A DNA stretch of 64,000 nucleotides from Isurus oxyrinchus (Eukaryota), in assembly GCA_026770705.1 (NCBI GenBank), contig JANJGN010000016.1:36208001-36272000 (forward strand), given 5' to 3'. Numbering within the stretch: the first letter of the stretch is position 1; each line of letters begins with the position of its first letter. Under the pieces are notes generated by a model. The model made no database searches. It was not told where the DNA came from and saw only the letters and a program-made list of their open reading frames with translations. Below, piece by piece: positions 11,501-26,500 of this stretch. Both the position numbers and the translations under genes were made by a program.

Positions 11501-14500
11501 GGCTTCATCCTCTTCAAGGTCCACACATCTCTGGAGGGCCATACTATGGAGAACACAGCAGACCATAAAAAGGGAATGGGGCCCTTGAGAAAAGGTATTA
11601 CAGGACACTGCCTGACCACTCCAAGCACTGTATCTTAGAAGCCTGATGGCCTGCTCAATGGTTGTGCTCGTGAGCAGGTGGCTTAGGTTGTATCGCTTCT
11701 GTGCCTCTGGCTTGTGCTCTTGTAGAGGGATGAATAGCCATCTCTTAAAGGGATACACCTTGTCCCCTAGAACCATCCCTGGTGTTTGAGGGGGGCGCTG
11801 GTGAAGGCGGGTGGGAAATGAAGAACTGCAGCAGCCTGGACTCCCAGGCGATGAAGGAGTCATGAGAGCTGCCAGGAAAACAAGCACATACATGAAGGAA
11901 GCCAGTGGTCGCTGATCAGTTGAATATTGAGGGAGTGGAAGCCCTTCCTGTTGATGAATTGCACAGAGCAGTCACTCAGTGCCTTGGTGACCACAGAGAC
12001 TAAGCACCTTAAGGCAATAATAAGAAACATCCCTCATGACAATAATAAATATTTAAAACCTTGTTTGTAAAATTCAAAATCCTCCTTCCTTCCTCTAACA
12101 TAACATCTTATGTTATTATGTACCTGTAGTCCTCATATCCTTCCTCAATAACTTCACAATTGCAATAGTGGAAAACAGGTGACCCAGATCTTTCTGTCAG
12201 ATGAACACAACCACCTTTTTTTTATCACAATCAGGAAAGAATGGGATGCGCCACATAAATCTACTAGAATTATCGAGGAAGGGAGTCACTTGAAGGATTT
12301 AGTACAGCTCCATTTGTGTGTACAGTTCAACAGTTTAGCCAGTGAGTCAGTGAACCATGCAGACTGTGAGTGTTCCAGGATTGAACCACGGTCTGTACTG
12401 ATTTTGCTGAATTGAGCCAGAATGGCACTAGAGCTGCCACAGTGGCCTCAGCATGACTTAAATTAGATGAGGGAAAATCAGCCATCAATTCCTACCAGCA
12501 ATGCTAATGTGAACACTAGGTGAACATTGAATCAGTTGAGGCTCTGATGCTCCATTCTCATTTAGTTTATCAGCACTCAGCTAAATTTACAAATGAACAA
12601 TGGCAATTTGAATAAGGCAGTCGAAGAATGTTAGTGCCCTTGGAATTGTACTCCTTCAGGGAAGAAGTCAATGCCTTCATGGCGAAGTGGAAAAAATTGT
12701 CAGGGTAAAGAAGGTCAATTTTCAAGATTTAGGGTGGGAATTTTTGGCCACGCCCACAGCTAGGATCATCTGGTCCTGCCGAAAGCCAATGGACTTTTAG
12801 CTAGGTCGTTGCAGCCCCCACAGAGTCCTACCACGGTGGGGACAGAAAATCCCAGCCTTAGAAATTATTAGCATTCATTGGTAACTTAGCCAGCTGGAAC
12901 TAAAACTAATTCCACATTACGAACTGTAATGTGATACTAAGTGAATGTGGAGTACATAGTAGTTTAATGTAATCTCCTGCTGATTACACTGCTGACAAAT
13001 ATTATGGAGAAGGGAAAAAGAGGAGAGACCCTTTATGGAATTTTATCTTGCAGGTTTGACACGTCTTTTTTTACAAGGCTGAAGCTACACACCATGATAA
13101 AACAAATAATAATGACCTGCAACAGGAACAGGGGAAGAGCAGAATGACCATATTCAACCTATACCTTGTATCTTTATGATCCCTAGGCAAGTGCTTACCA
13201 TAGTACTTGCATCTTCCATTAACAATTTCACATTTACAATAATGGAAAAGAGGTGACCCAGATCTTTCTGTGATAAACCCAATCACCTTTTATTAAGTAC
13301 TTTATTAAATATTGCTGTAACCAACATTCCTCAAACCAACAAATTGGTTGCTTTTTGCATTGATGATTATAATACCTTGCTAAGTGAAAACTGCAAATAT
13401 ATTTGCCCAAAAGTACAAGAGTAATATTCATTGTGAAATAGTTCGGAACAGCTTAAGAATGTGAAAGGTGCCATATAAATGCAAATTCTCTTTTTTTCTG
13501 TGCATTTTCCAAAGTTTTAATTATGGAACCTTTTACTAAAGCAGCTGACACCAGTTTGCTGGTCACCCATCAAGAATTTAACGCTGGCAAACATTACATC
13601 TACATGGATCTGCGACAGCTAGAATGGGATGAAGTGCAAGGCTACTGGAAACTGCAAATTGCAATAGGAAACCGGTAAATCTAACCAACACTTTTAAAAT
13701 AATGTTTTCCAACATAAAAAATTATTAATTGCTTCTTTAGCTCTCCTTTGCTGCTTTTTTCTGTTCCTATTTCTTTCCTTTCAGGAGAACAGAAAAGGGT
13801 AAAAAGATACCAAGGTTTGCAGACTGCATTCTCCAGAGTTCCTTCCAAAACCCTTTCTCTCCATCTCTTTGGTGTTGTCATGGCCCCTACTCTCCCCTTC
13901 CTACCATACTCTCATTACCATCACTTACCCTACTAACTCTCACTGTTGTTCCCTTTTGATTATAGTGAATACTCTGTCTTTCTATCCCCCTCACTTTGCT
14001 GTCATTCACTTCACTCTTCACACTCTATACACTCCTCATTCACGCAGCTGCCTCATTATTACTGTCAACCTATTGACTTTGACCTCCAAGAGATATTACT
14101 TGCTTTAAAAATTCAATTTGCAGGTTTAAGAAATAGTCAAATTTAGGTGATTTAAAATCTGTCTGTTTGCTATATATTTATCTCTCTTTCTCTTGTTTTC
14201 TCTCTTCTGCCTTCTCTGAAATAACATAACATTTAAGATAAAACTTAGCTGAAGGAAGATTGGCCAAATTTGTTCTCTAGCTTTTCGTCAAATAATTTTG
14301 AGAAGCAAATGAGCACAAACATACAAATGTATGAAAATGTTGGACTTTGACCCCAATCCCTTCCTTACCTACCTGCTGCCCCTAGGTGACTTTATCTGCA
14401 AGTTCAGCTTCTACACTTGCAGAGATGATATCCAGGAGTATATCTGCAGTACCCATCTTAACTCTTGCATTGCCTCTATACTATTAGACTGCTTGTCTGA

Positions 14501-17500
14501 TATCCAGTTTTAGATGAGCCACAATTTCCTCCGGCTAAATATTGGAAAGACAGACCAAGATGGTTGGACTTTCTCTTGTTTAAGATGGTCATTTCCTGAC
14601 CTTTATGAATATTACCTGTCACACATTAACTGAAGCCTGCATGTTGTTCAACTCCTGCTGTAGGCTGGCACGAATTGCTTCAAACACCTCAGTTTCACTA
14701 GGGCTCCTTGGTGTTGTCATGCACTTCACTCCTTGGTGCCATACTTGGTTGAATGCTGGATGCAGTCTCTTGGATGTGATGATTCAGGTCACTTTGCACA
14801 CACACTTTTTATGGATTAAAATACTGAATTCTAATGACAATGATGGTACTTCTTTATGCAGATTCACTTCATGGTTACCTGGGGAAGAAGTTAACGATGA
14901 CTTGAACTCCACTTATGGAGGTACAACTGGTAAAAACATAATTTTTTTTAGAACTTCAGTAACATTTCTGTATTAATGACAAAATAGAGCAAGATTACTT
15001 TGTTTCCAATATTCAGACAATGTGGAAAGGAATTGTTTTGGACAGTTGCCTAGTCCTACTTGAATATTTCCCATTATTATTTTCAGTTAATAATATGCAC
15101 AGGGTTTGAAAAGCAAAGTTGTCACTACTGTAAATGCAGTCAGTCAATACTCTGTGAGGGTCCTTGCAGCCTGAATCACCAATGTTCCCTGTAGCAATAT
15201 GATGTCCAATTCAAGTATCAACTGGCACTGTCTTATAGCTGCAATGGAGTTCCTGATTCTCAATAAAGAATATGAATGGTAACAAGCAAAGGACAAAGAA
15301 ATTGGATTTGATAGTCAATTCCAGTTGAAAGAAATAGCACTATTGCAGGAGTGATGGGCTGAATGAATTTTTTCTGTGCTGTAGTATCTATGATCAGCCT
15401 TCACTTACTGTGTAGTAAAGGGAATACATTTTGAAATTCGTACAATTTGCAATAATCTGGGCAATGCAACACATGTGCTTACAATAGGAAGGACACATAT
15501 GGATTTGATTTGCTGTAACTTCTTAAATCCTTAAGGATGTGTATAGTCTCAGGCTGACTTAAATTGTATTGTTTCAACTGGGTCAGTGTTATCCCTTCTG
15601 TTATTCACAGAATCATTTTCCCTCTCAACAGGCTCACAGCAGTTTCTGTAAGCAGACCTGCCCCTTTTGATCTGGAAGCTATATTTTTGATTATAATCTT
15701 TCTTCCAGCAGATTTCATGGCCTGAAGGTTAACAACTACCTTAGTTCTAGTAATTAGTTTACTGAATCAAATAGAGTGCCCTCCTTGTGTTTGGATGGTG
15801 CCTTGAACTGGTGGATATTTAACTGGCCATCATATAACTGACCATCATAACTAACACATTTATTTATGAATAAATAAGGGTACAAAGCATAAAGCATTCC
15901 ACAAGTACTAGAGAATGCAATATAAATCATAAAATGAAAAGAAGAGTCTTAATGAACGGACTAATTAAGCACAATAAATGCATTTAGATAAACTTAAATC
16001 TTTTTAGTTTTTACAAAGTTAATGTATTGTGAAGCCAGTTCAGTTTTCAAGCACAGTTCAACATGACAACTTCAGGTGAGGCATGATAAAGTCCATTGGC
16101 ATTCAATGCAACAGTCCCTACTTATTGGCCAGGATTTTCTGTGCCCGCTAGCACGGGTGTGTTCGGTGGCGTGAGCAGATAATATGGCATGACAATATGG
16201 CACGACAGTGTGAAACCAGTTTGCAATCGTCCACTGAGCTAACCAATGGCGGGCCATGTTTCCCACCATGGAACATCAGGAGCTTCACTGTAATACATCT
16301 GCATATCATTATTAGGCCAGCCCACTGGAATAGTGTCCCCCCACCGCCCGCCCCAACTAGATCATCCGCCCACGTCAATTTATTTCACAGCATATATAAG
16401 GCATGCACTTGGCAGGCTGAACTTCATCAGGACTTCAAGATTTGTTTGTCTACCTTGTTTTGGTCAGCACTCACAGTCATCAGCGCCAGGCTTCACAGGC
16501 AGCACCACATCACTTTTAGGGGGGCTCACAGGCCATAGGTGGGTGGCTGTTCAATGGCTGCAGGGCTAGGACTTGCTTGGGGAAGGAGGAGAAGTGGCGT
16601 CAGGCAAGGGAAGAGGCTGCATGACGAGGGTTGTACTGGGGAAAGAGGGTATCCCAGGGTGTGTGTGGGGGCACATGTTGACCTGTGCAAGTGGCCTCAA
16701 GATGGCAAGGGCTGAGGAGAATATCTCCAGAGGAGATAAGGCCAGATGGACATGTGAGGGTATGTGTGTGAGACTGGGTGATGATGTCGTTTGAACTGCC
16801 AGTGAGTGTGTTGCCAGTGAATGTGTGATGGGCTTGAGTGTGTGAGTTTAGAGTGATGAGATGGTTGCCTTACCCTGGCTGCACTGATGAGATTATTCAT
16901 CCTCTATCTGCATTGGATGGCCAACCTCTTCTGTGCAGCAGTAGCACTGATCACCACTGCCATCACCTACCAAACCAGGGTGGTAATGTTGCTGCCTCTC
17001 CTGTGGCCAGAGTGGGGATAGAGGACATCCCAGCAGGCCTCTTGCCTTTTAGGGCCATGTCTTCTTTGTTGCAGTCCCAGGCTGGAAGCACTGAACACAG
17101 CTGTATTTAAAATGTGCCTGGCATGATGAAGCAGTGAGGTGATGGCGTGGCAGGTGAATCAGATCCCGTCCACCGTTGAAACAGTGTGTATCCCGGAAAT
17201 GCCTAATTAATTATGATGATACGGCGTGAAAAGCCAACATTGCAGTCAGCAGGCAAAAATGTCGTTTTTACCACCCACTACCACACAGTGCAAATCTGGG
17301 ACGATTCTGCACATTATATCTGATTAGAGTGATTGTTAGCACTGTCTTAAGAAGTTTTTAAAACTGTGAAAATTGTGGGATTCTTCTATAGCTTTTCATT
17401 CTGTAAAGATACTTGAACTCTATGAATTAACTAGAATTTACTTCATTAAACGTTGCAGCTTCTACTCAACCTGACTGCATCCAAAAGCCCTGTTACTCAC

Positions 17501-20500
17501 CAGACTCTGTGAGAAGCATGGTCTGTATAATAATACATCATGGAATGAAGCTAATTTTATTATTTTTAATTTGTGCTGTTTCAGTATTTTGTTATCCTAC
17601 TGCTTCAGTGTATTATTCAATTTGTAAATAAACCTAGGCAAATTGATTAGCCTGTATACATTGGTTTGACATTTGTTATTTTCTGCCTAGCAGAAGGGAC
17701 AAGGAGAATGTATTAGACTCTTTCTCAAATGATGGAATTGGTACCATTAAAATTGAATTATTATCCCACACATTGCGTGCATAATGGCGCAGGTTTTTGA
17801 TTTACAGGAGAGTTGGTGTGCTTTTGAAAGCTGCCCTTTTACCATAAACACAAAACGAGAATCTCTGCTGGTTAAAGTATTGTGAAACATACCCCTTTCA
17901 GCATCCACTGGAAGTTTCTAAAGGTTTTTAACCTTATGAGCTATCATCAATAGACAGCCAAAGCAGTGGTGTTCCAAAGAGTTGAGTGTTCTCAGGTTGA
18001 AAAATGAAGAGAGCAAGGGACTTAGACAATTTAAGATTAGCAGAGAGACCAAGGTCAGTTAAAAAAAACAGTAACTTTGAGCAGAGTGTCCAGCCTCCTC
18101 CAAAATAAGCACTCATATTTCATGAAAAGGACTCAGTTTAAAATTTTGTTCTATTAGTTTTAGGGGAAGATATTCCTCCTGACTAACAAGTCTCCTTGGT
18201 ATTATGAATATAGGAAAATCAGATGGAGAGGAGCATAGCCCTGCAAGGGGAACCTGCCTGATTTTCCATTGGATCTGCCTCCAAATTTTGTAATCATTCA
18301 ACTTTTTTTCCTCTCTTGTTAGCTCTTCTTTGTCTGACTATGTCTCACTTCTGCCAAATGGTGAATGCAAGTCAGCCAACTTCAGTATGTTTATTTTTCA
18401 GGTACTGAAGAAGCACATGCTAAACCCAAGATTACGAAGAAGCTCAAAAAGCAGTCAGCAGCTGTCAAATCTGGGACAAAGGTGGGAAAGAAAACAAAAA
18501 CAAAACAAAGACACTGAGTGTGGTTGGGGGTGCGGTGCTTGGCGGTGCGGCGGGGGTGTTGGGGTTGGGGTGTGGAATCCAAACTGCTTCAATTCTACCG
18601 TCATAATTCAATCCAAAAATATGGTTTTCAACATGATCTACTTAACCTATATTGACATTAGGCTGAAAGTATACTTTTCAGACTGTCACAGCTGACAAAT
18701 TCCTTGTTAAAACTCAGTTGTTCAAGACTGAACCACTTCTCTCTTCATATGCAAAGCATTCCATTAGATAATAGCTAGATAGTGCGAATATTAGTAAAAC
18801 AAAATTCAATCCATAATACTATCAGTGAATCAATCCATTAAAAGCTGGAGGGGAAGGATGGATAAGAAGACAGCATATGCTTGGCTTGAATGTAGTCAGG
18901 CTTTTCAATGTTTAGAAATGTTTATACAGAGCAATATCATTTCTCTCAGGAGAATGAAAAAAATTGTGTAACATGAATTACTGTTATTTTGCTCTGTAGG
19001 CAAATTTGTCTGCCATTTTATATGCAGTGTTCCTTTGGTTGTTTTGATTTTGGAATGTGAGAATCCCATGTTGTTTTTTGAATAATGCCATAGGCTCTTT
19101 GTCAACCACCTGAACAGACAATACTTTGATTCAATCTCTCATGCAGCTTTATTAAGCAAAATTGGGCTCACAATGTTAGGGGTAATATATAAACATGGAC
19201 TGAGGATTGGTTAATGACAGAGAGTAGGAATAAATGGGTAATTTTCCTGATTGGCAGGCTCTAACAAGTGGGATACAAAGATCAGTGCTTGAGTCTCAAC
19301 TATTTACTAGATCGATGACTTAGATGAAGGGACAGAGCAAAATGTCAAACCAGGTTTATAAAGTGAGCAGGTGATAAAACTTACTTGGACTGCTGTATGC
19401 CAGTAGATTAGGGGCTGAATTTTGAGGTTGTCAGGCAGGCACAGTGGGTGGGCCCGGGAGCAGCCAGGAAATGTCCCGCTGCCTGCGATCGGCCCCTAAC
19501 CACAATTTATCATCACCTTTTAGCCTATTTTCGATCTTATTTCCCACCACTGTCCCCTCCCCCCACCCCACCTCCACAAGGGCCATCTGTCCCTTGTTCA
19601 TGTTGTTCTTTCCAGAGTGCTTGTCCTGCTATTATCACATTCTGATTTCTTACCTTAATGCCACCATCAATTCCTCCTTTAGCCTGTACCACTGCCATTA
19701 ACACCCCTTTTGTTCTTGACATATTTGTCAATCTCTCCTTTGCCCCCACCTATCACTGGTCTTCTATCCTGCTTCACCTGCTCCACCCACCTTAAACAGT
19801 ATAAATTACATTTTTAGTTCTCTATTGCTCTGAAGAACAGTCATATGGACTCAAAACGTTAATTCTGCTTTTCTCTCCATGGATGCTATTAGACCTGCTG
19901 AGGTTTTCCAGCATTTTCTGTTTTTGTTTCAGATTTCCAGCATCCGCAGTATTTTGCTTTTATCTAAGTGTCTGACTTCGTCATGCTCAGGTGCTCCGCC
20001 TCCATAGGAGTTTAGGATAAATGCAGCTCCGGATCCCTAACTTTAACTGCCAGGTGTTACTGTCATTTCGGGGAGCGTAACACAGCCGACTGAGTCAGCT
20101 CTAAGTGCAGTCACAGCAGCAGTACTTCATCATCCCAAGTATTATGTATCTGTGTCACCATTGATGTAACATTTTGTGCAAGGTTGCGTTAGTTCCGATG
20201 GAGGAGCTTTGCCAGATTGAAGGCCACTGAGGACCGTGCACATGCTCCTGCGTCTTGTAGGGAGCTGTTGCAACTGGCATGTTGGATGGACGTGTGAACA
20301 GGCAGCACTCTCTGATGTCTGATCCTGGGATGCCCTCCTCCAGGCAGCAATGATGCACTGTCATCCAGAAGCTCGTGGGTGAAATTAGAGGAGTAGCTAT
20401 GCTGGTGATCATGCTGGCTCATGGCGGAGAGAGTTGTCCAGGAATATCCTCAGTGCATCTTGTCATCCTCCTGGAATCTGCTGGTAATGAGGTCCTCACA

Positions 20501-23500
20501 AGCACACCTGCCTTGTCTGGCCCATGCAAAAGGCCCCTCTCCTGCATCCTTGGCTTCCAAGACCTTATCACCATCATCCCCTTCGAGGTCCTCCTCATTG
20601 GAGGAGATATGCTACTCCTCCATCTCATCATCTGCCAAGCCCTACCCCCGTTGCAGTGCTAGGTTATGTAGCATGCAGCAAGCCACGACGATATGTGAGA
20701 GCCTCTTGGGAGTGTTCTGGAGTGCTCCACCAGATCTGTACCAAATTGGAATCGCATTTTCGGGATCTCTGTGGTCTTTCACCAATGTCCAGATTGTGCT
20801 ATGAGCCTTATCATACCTCCGCTCAGCAAGAGTTTGAGGCCATCGGATGGGTGTCATCAGCCACGTCTTTTGCAGGTAACCCTTGTCCCCAAGGAGCCAA
20901 CCCTCTATCATGTGTGGTCCCTCAATGATGTCACGGATCTGAGACCTACTCAGGATGTACGCGCTGTGGGCCCTACCTGGGTATCTGGCGCACACCTGCA
21001 TGATAAGTTTGTTATGGTTGCACACCAGCTGCACATTGAGCGAGTGGTAGCCTTTCCAGTTGACGTACTGGACTGCCCATTGCCAGGGAGCTTTCATAGC
21101 CACATGAGTGCAGTCGATGGCACCTTGCACATGTGGGAGACCAGGAATCTCAGCAGAGCCCGTTGCATTTTGCCCTAGCTTGTTTGATCTCTGTCAAAGG
21201 TGATGTAATTGTGGGCCTTTGCATAAAGGGCATTTGTGCCTCTTGGATGCAGTGGTGGATGGTCACTTGAGAGATCCCGCAAAGGTCCCCGGTGGAGACC
21301 TGAAAGAAGCCACTGGTGTAGAAGCTGAGTGCAACGGTTACTTTCACAGCCACGGGCAATGGTTGCTCTCCAAGTCCCATTGGTGCCAAATCCTGCAGAA
21401 TGTGACAAATGTGACTCACCAGATCCCTTGACATACAGAGGCATTGGTGACACTGGTTCTCGCTCATTTGCAGGTAACACGTGTGATGTCCATACACCCT
21501 GGGCCTAGTGAGGCACCCACAAACCAAGGCTCTTTGGGATCATCCTCTGCGTCTGCAGGAGGACCTGCTGTCACTTGGTCTTGGTTCTGCTCCTCCATTT
21601 GGCAAGCCAGGCACCTTGTTCTCATTCTCCCCTTCTGCCTATAAGCAATACTGCAGGCAGCGATAACACCAGGCTTCATCTGCCTGGTGGTCTCCTCACT
21701 GTAGTATCAATGAGAAACACACAACAGTCATCATTTTTTTTTCCAAAGGTCCACCTTCTGTCAAGGAATTGTCTGTGATTGTGGGATCAAAGCCTTTTCA
21801 CGCATGCCATAGAGTACTGGCCCCTGAAATGATGCCCAGTGCAGGGTGCACATGAACATTCACCACAAACAATTCCCCAGGCTCCTGCCCACTTGACTGA
21901 CTGCTGACAGCTTCGGCCAGGTGACTGGAAGCTCTGTTTTCAGCCAATGCACTGGGATCATCATTACCTACACTCCAAGACTGTGCTGTTTGGACTAACC
22001 GTGAGAGTGAATGTTCACTGAGCACATGAGATTACTTTAGGGAATCTGGAGGCTTCTCCTTTGTGATTAGTGCGTGGCCACATTTCCAAGTGGGTTCTCA
22101 AGCTTTCATAGGCGCCTAATAGTTCTGCAGTTCCATAATACTTTGGTGAATTTGAAGGCTGTACGAACGAGGGGTTAAGGCTAGGGGAACAATCATTGCC
22201 ACTTTGAGGAACCAGTGTTGGATGAATGGGCCTTATTGCTTCACTTGGCTGACTCCCTGCTTATCAATTGAACAGCTGCTAACCTGTCTCAGATGTGCCT
22301 CTATTCCCATTGTGGAACTATCAATTCAGTTGGGTGGTCTTTTAGTGCAACACCCCACCCCTCCCAGTCATGTGTCTCAGTGCAACCTTCACTGCTCATT
22401 ACTGTCAGTGAAGCCCTTGCCTTGCAGCTCCTTCCCTTCTCTCAGTCCTGCCTGGCCCCTTCCCCAGTTGAGCCTTTACCCTGCAGCACAGTAAAAGACA
22501 CCTCCGCCTTAATCCTAGTGTGGTAGCTGCAGAGACTTGCCTGTGAGACCCTCATGAGGCTGCTGTGCAGCCTGCGAAGCCTGGTGCTGAACCCCATGAG
22601 CGCTGTGCAATATAAGGCATGCAAACTAACCTCAGAGCCTTGAGCAAAGCGCAGGTCGCCAGCTGCATGTCATTTAAATCCTGTTGTGAAACACTTTGGT
22701 CTAATTGCAGCCGATGTGGGCTCTTCATCCAGCATGGAGGATAATTCTAGCGAATAGGCAACATAATGAGATGCTGATTCATGCGAATGACATCCACGAT
22801 GTTCGGCAGTGGGAAACGTGGCCTGCCATTGATGGCTGAAACGCACAATCGTATCCTCATTTTACTTCATTGTAAAACTGGTTTTGGGCCTCCTCGTGAG
22901 GTTTAGCCCTCACGCTCGCCACGACACCTGTGGCGATCGGGGGCAGAAAATCCCAGCAAATGTGTCTCTCTATATGTACACAAATAATTATCCAATGAGT
23001 TTCCCTCACCTTTACTCTTAGTCTTAATTTATACAATTAACAAAGAGGTCTTACTGCAATTTAATATGGTCTTGGTGAAATCAGACCTGGAGTCCTGTCT
23101 CTGGTTTTAGTCTCCTTACCTAAGGAAGGATTTACTTGCCTTAGAGAGAGTGCAACAATGGTTCACTAAACCGATTTCTGGGATGAGGGGATTGTCCTAT
23201 GAGGAGAGATTGAATGGACTATGCTAATATTTTCTGGAATTTGGAAAAACGAGAGGTGATCTCATTAAAATATATAGAATTCTTAAGGGGCTTGACAGCG
23301 TAGCTGCTGGGAGAATGTCTTCCCTAACTGTGGAGTCTAGGACTAAGGGCCACAGTCTCAGGATAAGGGGTTGGTCATTTAGGACTGAGATGAGGAAAAT
23401 TTTGTTAACTCAGAGAGCTGTGAACTTCGGGAATATTCTACCCAGAGAGCTGTGGATGCTCAGTCATTGAATATTATTTCAAATCAGAAATCAACAGATT

Positions 23501-26500
23501 TTGGGTGCTAAGAGTATTGAGAGATATGGGGATAATATGAGAAGTTGTGGCTAAGTTACAAGATCAGCCGTGATCTTATTGAAAATCAGAGCAGGTCAGG
23601 GTCCAAATAGTCTGCTCCAGCTCCTGGTTCTTAATTCCTTATGTCCTTTGAAGGTAGTTTAGATTATATACACAAATTCTGGAATACAGTTTATGGCTCA
23701 GAAGCAGGATTGGAGCTAACTCAGCCAAGCTCACACACTCTAATTTTAATAAGGTCAGAATGGAAAAAATTATCATTCATTTGTTTCACAAGATTTTATT
23801 TAAACATCAACAATACCTAACATATTCTAAGTTATTTGAAAATTACAGTGGATTTAATTGTTGCTCCTTGTTATGATGTGGCAGATGATTTGTGCCAGTC
23901 GGACCAAATCCATGAGGGAAACTTAAATGTTTTGCAATTTGTATTTATTACGAGATGTATGCACTGAATTCAGAAGTAATAAGTCTACCAAGACCTTTAG
24001 AGACTTTAAAAATTAAATTAAAATATTTATTAACAAAATATTTAAAAATTATGGGTTTATGGAAATCTTTATATAAATTTGTGAATTTAGTAAAGATGCT
24101 TAATTGTCACAACACTCATTATTTGTGAACTTTCTGATTTTAACAATCTTCTCAGACACATCTGCAGCCCTTCACAGCAACATATAAGCAAACTTTGTTG
24201 GACGAATGGGTTTCCAGGTCAAAAGCAGGGGGAAAAGTGGGAATGAAACCATGCACCACCAGAATGACACATAATGCTGCAGAATTAAATATGGTGAGGT
24301 GTACTGACTTGTTCTTTTGTGACTTGTTTATATGTGAAGTATAACTCATCCATTTGAACTAGGAGGCTCTAGTGGAGCATGGAGCAGCAACTGAGTCCAT
24401 CTAAAAGTTCCTCAGCTTGCAATATTCTTATTCCTCCTTGAAGAGTATGAGTTGACCTAGTAGAATGAAGTGATGCCTGCCAACATAAGGTTGTCATATC
24501 GGCTATTGGTACTGTTGTGTTTTAGAAATGTCTTTGATAATTATTTGTATGAATATCACACATGCTCCAAAGCAAACCTGCAGAGCTGTCAATAGGGCAA
24601 ATCTGAAACTAGCTGAGCTCTTTCAGAAACTGTCTAAAATTACAATACTGTCCCTAAGTAAGTTAATTGATGCAGGATCCTGGGTTCTTCTGCAATTTAT
24701 TTCATTCTACTTGTAAGTCTTTCTATTTGTGACCATGGAAATTTAATGGCCCTGCATCGCCCTGGAAACCAGCAGCTGGCATCTACCTAACACTTTCTTT
24801 GTCACTTATACCCTCTCATCTCCTTCCCCACAGTTTGGAAAACTCCACCCTCGTAGTGGATATTTGAGGAGCTGCAAACCTGTCGCAGTTCTCTCTCTAG
24901 TATATGGGCTGTGTTACAATCATGATCCTTGTATAACCAATAATGTTTAAAAAGAAATTTGAACTTCCAGTTAATAACTGTAAAGGGCGACACAACATTT
25001 AACATTTTAGCATTTTTACTGTAACAAATGACTAAAGCATTATATGCTAAACAATATTTTTGTAATTTATACTTTAAACTACAGAAAGGAATGTCCCTCT
25101 TTCACATTTATCATTATTACTTACACATCACATTCTCTACAGAATTACTGTCCTTGTAGCAAACAGTCCATAGTCACTTCCAGCTTCCATTAGGTTCACA
25201 TTTTCTCATTTCACCGGTAATTTTGACCATCTCATGTTTTCCTCAGTTTTCAGAGAGTTCTCCAAATGCACAACCAGCCGTAAAACCTTCTCCAATGACT
25301 CTCCCTCCTCCCCCACCCCCGGCCTTGCCTGGATTCCTAAAATGGCTGCGAAATGCGTCTCTTTGACTAGCACCAAATCAGCTCACAAAAATCCTGCAGC
25401 CTCTTCTCTCTGCTGATCACAGCAACTACCGTACTTTTCATCTCTCTTTTTCCTTCTGCCCCAAAAACCTGGAACCAGCAAGTCTATTTACTGTTGGCGT
25501 AGCTTATGTTCCCAGGGGTGAGGACTTTGCAGTTTGCTCAGCTAGTCCCTTTTCTTAGTCAGGCTTGTTGTCAGGCAGAACTCAGAATAGTCACATGACC
25601 CTCTTCATTTTGACCTAAGTTTAAAGACACCGTCCAAAACATCATAATTGTAACAATTGCTCTCTCCTTGTAAAATCCAGCTGTCGGCTTGCAGCCCCTC
25701 ATGGCATGACAGATAAGTTATTAACTTTTTTCTGGTATTGAGTTGCTACGCATGGGGTATTTGCATTGGTTGTAATTGCACTGGGCTTCTCCTTCCATTA
25801 CTGCTAAGCATCTCTCCTTGGGATACTGTGTCACTATGTACCAAACTGACCCGCTGTTATAAATTATCCAGCAGCACGCCAATAACTCTATTCACTAACT
25901 TGGAGCTATGCCCTACTCTTGACCTCCTGCACATTTTGGTAAATAAACCTTGGTGTTCTACTCCCGATAAATAAGCTACTATTCACTGATGGTCCAATTG
26001 TTGGAAATTATCCTGATTTATTCAAATGAAGCTGCCTACAGCAGGATTTCTCACCTTACCTTGGATAGCCACCAATCATGCACCACCCTATTTCTACTCA
26101 GGATTTTTTAATGAGAGATACTAGGCTAATCAAACCTATTTTCCATATGATTACCATTGATGTTCAGGGAATATTGATGCAGAACTTTCCTTTGGGAGAT
26201 TCAATAGACAGAATAGCATCCACAATAGCCAGATTGTACATGGTTTGTTGAAGGGAAGGATTGATGATCTCATTTTACTCATTGTTTCTTTGTACAGCGT
26301 CATACAAAAATGCTGTTTTTGCTGAGATGTGACAATAGGTGCAAAAGTGAGAACCATTGGAACATTTCCTGTCAGCAGAGTCTAAATTATAGTATTTCCT
26401 TGCATTCCTAAGTGAAATATTCTTTAGAGTATTGTATTTACTATCTATTAACAGTGAGAGAGCAACTGCACCCAAGAAAATAAAGTCCATTCTTGGAATG

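Larger units (their letters stand above)
6937..12000. mobile_element. Harbinger transposon interrupted by a Gypsy element
   Basis: Left TIR GGGCAGGATTTTCC at 6937; Myb/SANT-like fragment on + (7245-7417: RRRVLFP...AWMEIADTVS...RNWIQCWKMFNDL); transposase remnant on - (11441-12000: LGDKVYPFKRWL, RYNLSHLLTSTTIEQAI). Confidence 0.75.

Noticed and set aside
13054-13190. Candidate exon after TTTTATCTTGCAG
   Set aside because: All three frames from that acceptor reach a stop before a good donor.
13545-13674. Assigning a B30.2/SPRY or other named domain
   Set aside because: Only a few residues resemble the motif; insufficient without a profile search.
17690-18054. Exon-like stretch ending AAG|GTCAGT
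   Set aside because: Stops in all frames over the full stretch; the short open piece does not fit the simplest phase chain. Not excluded as an alternative exon.
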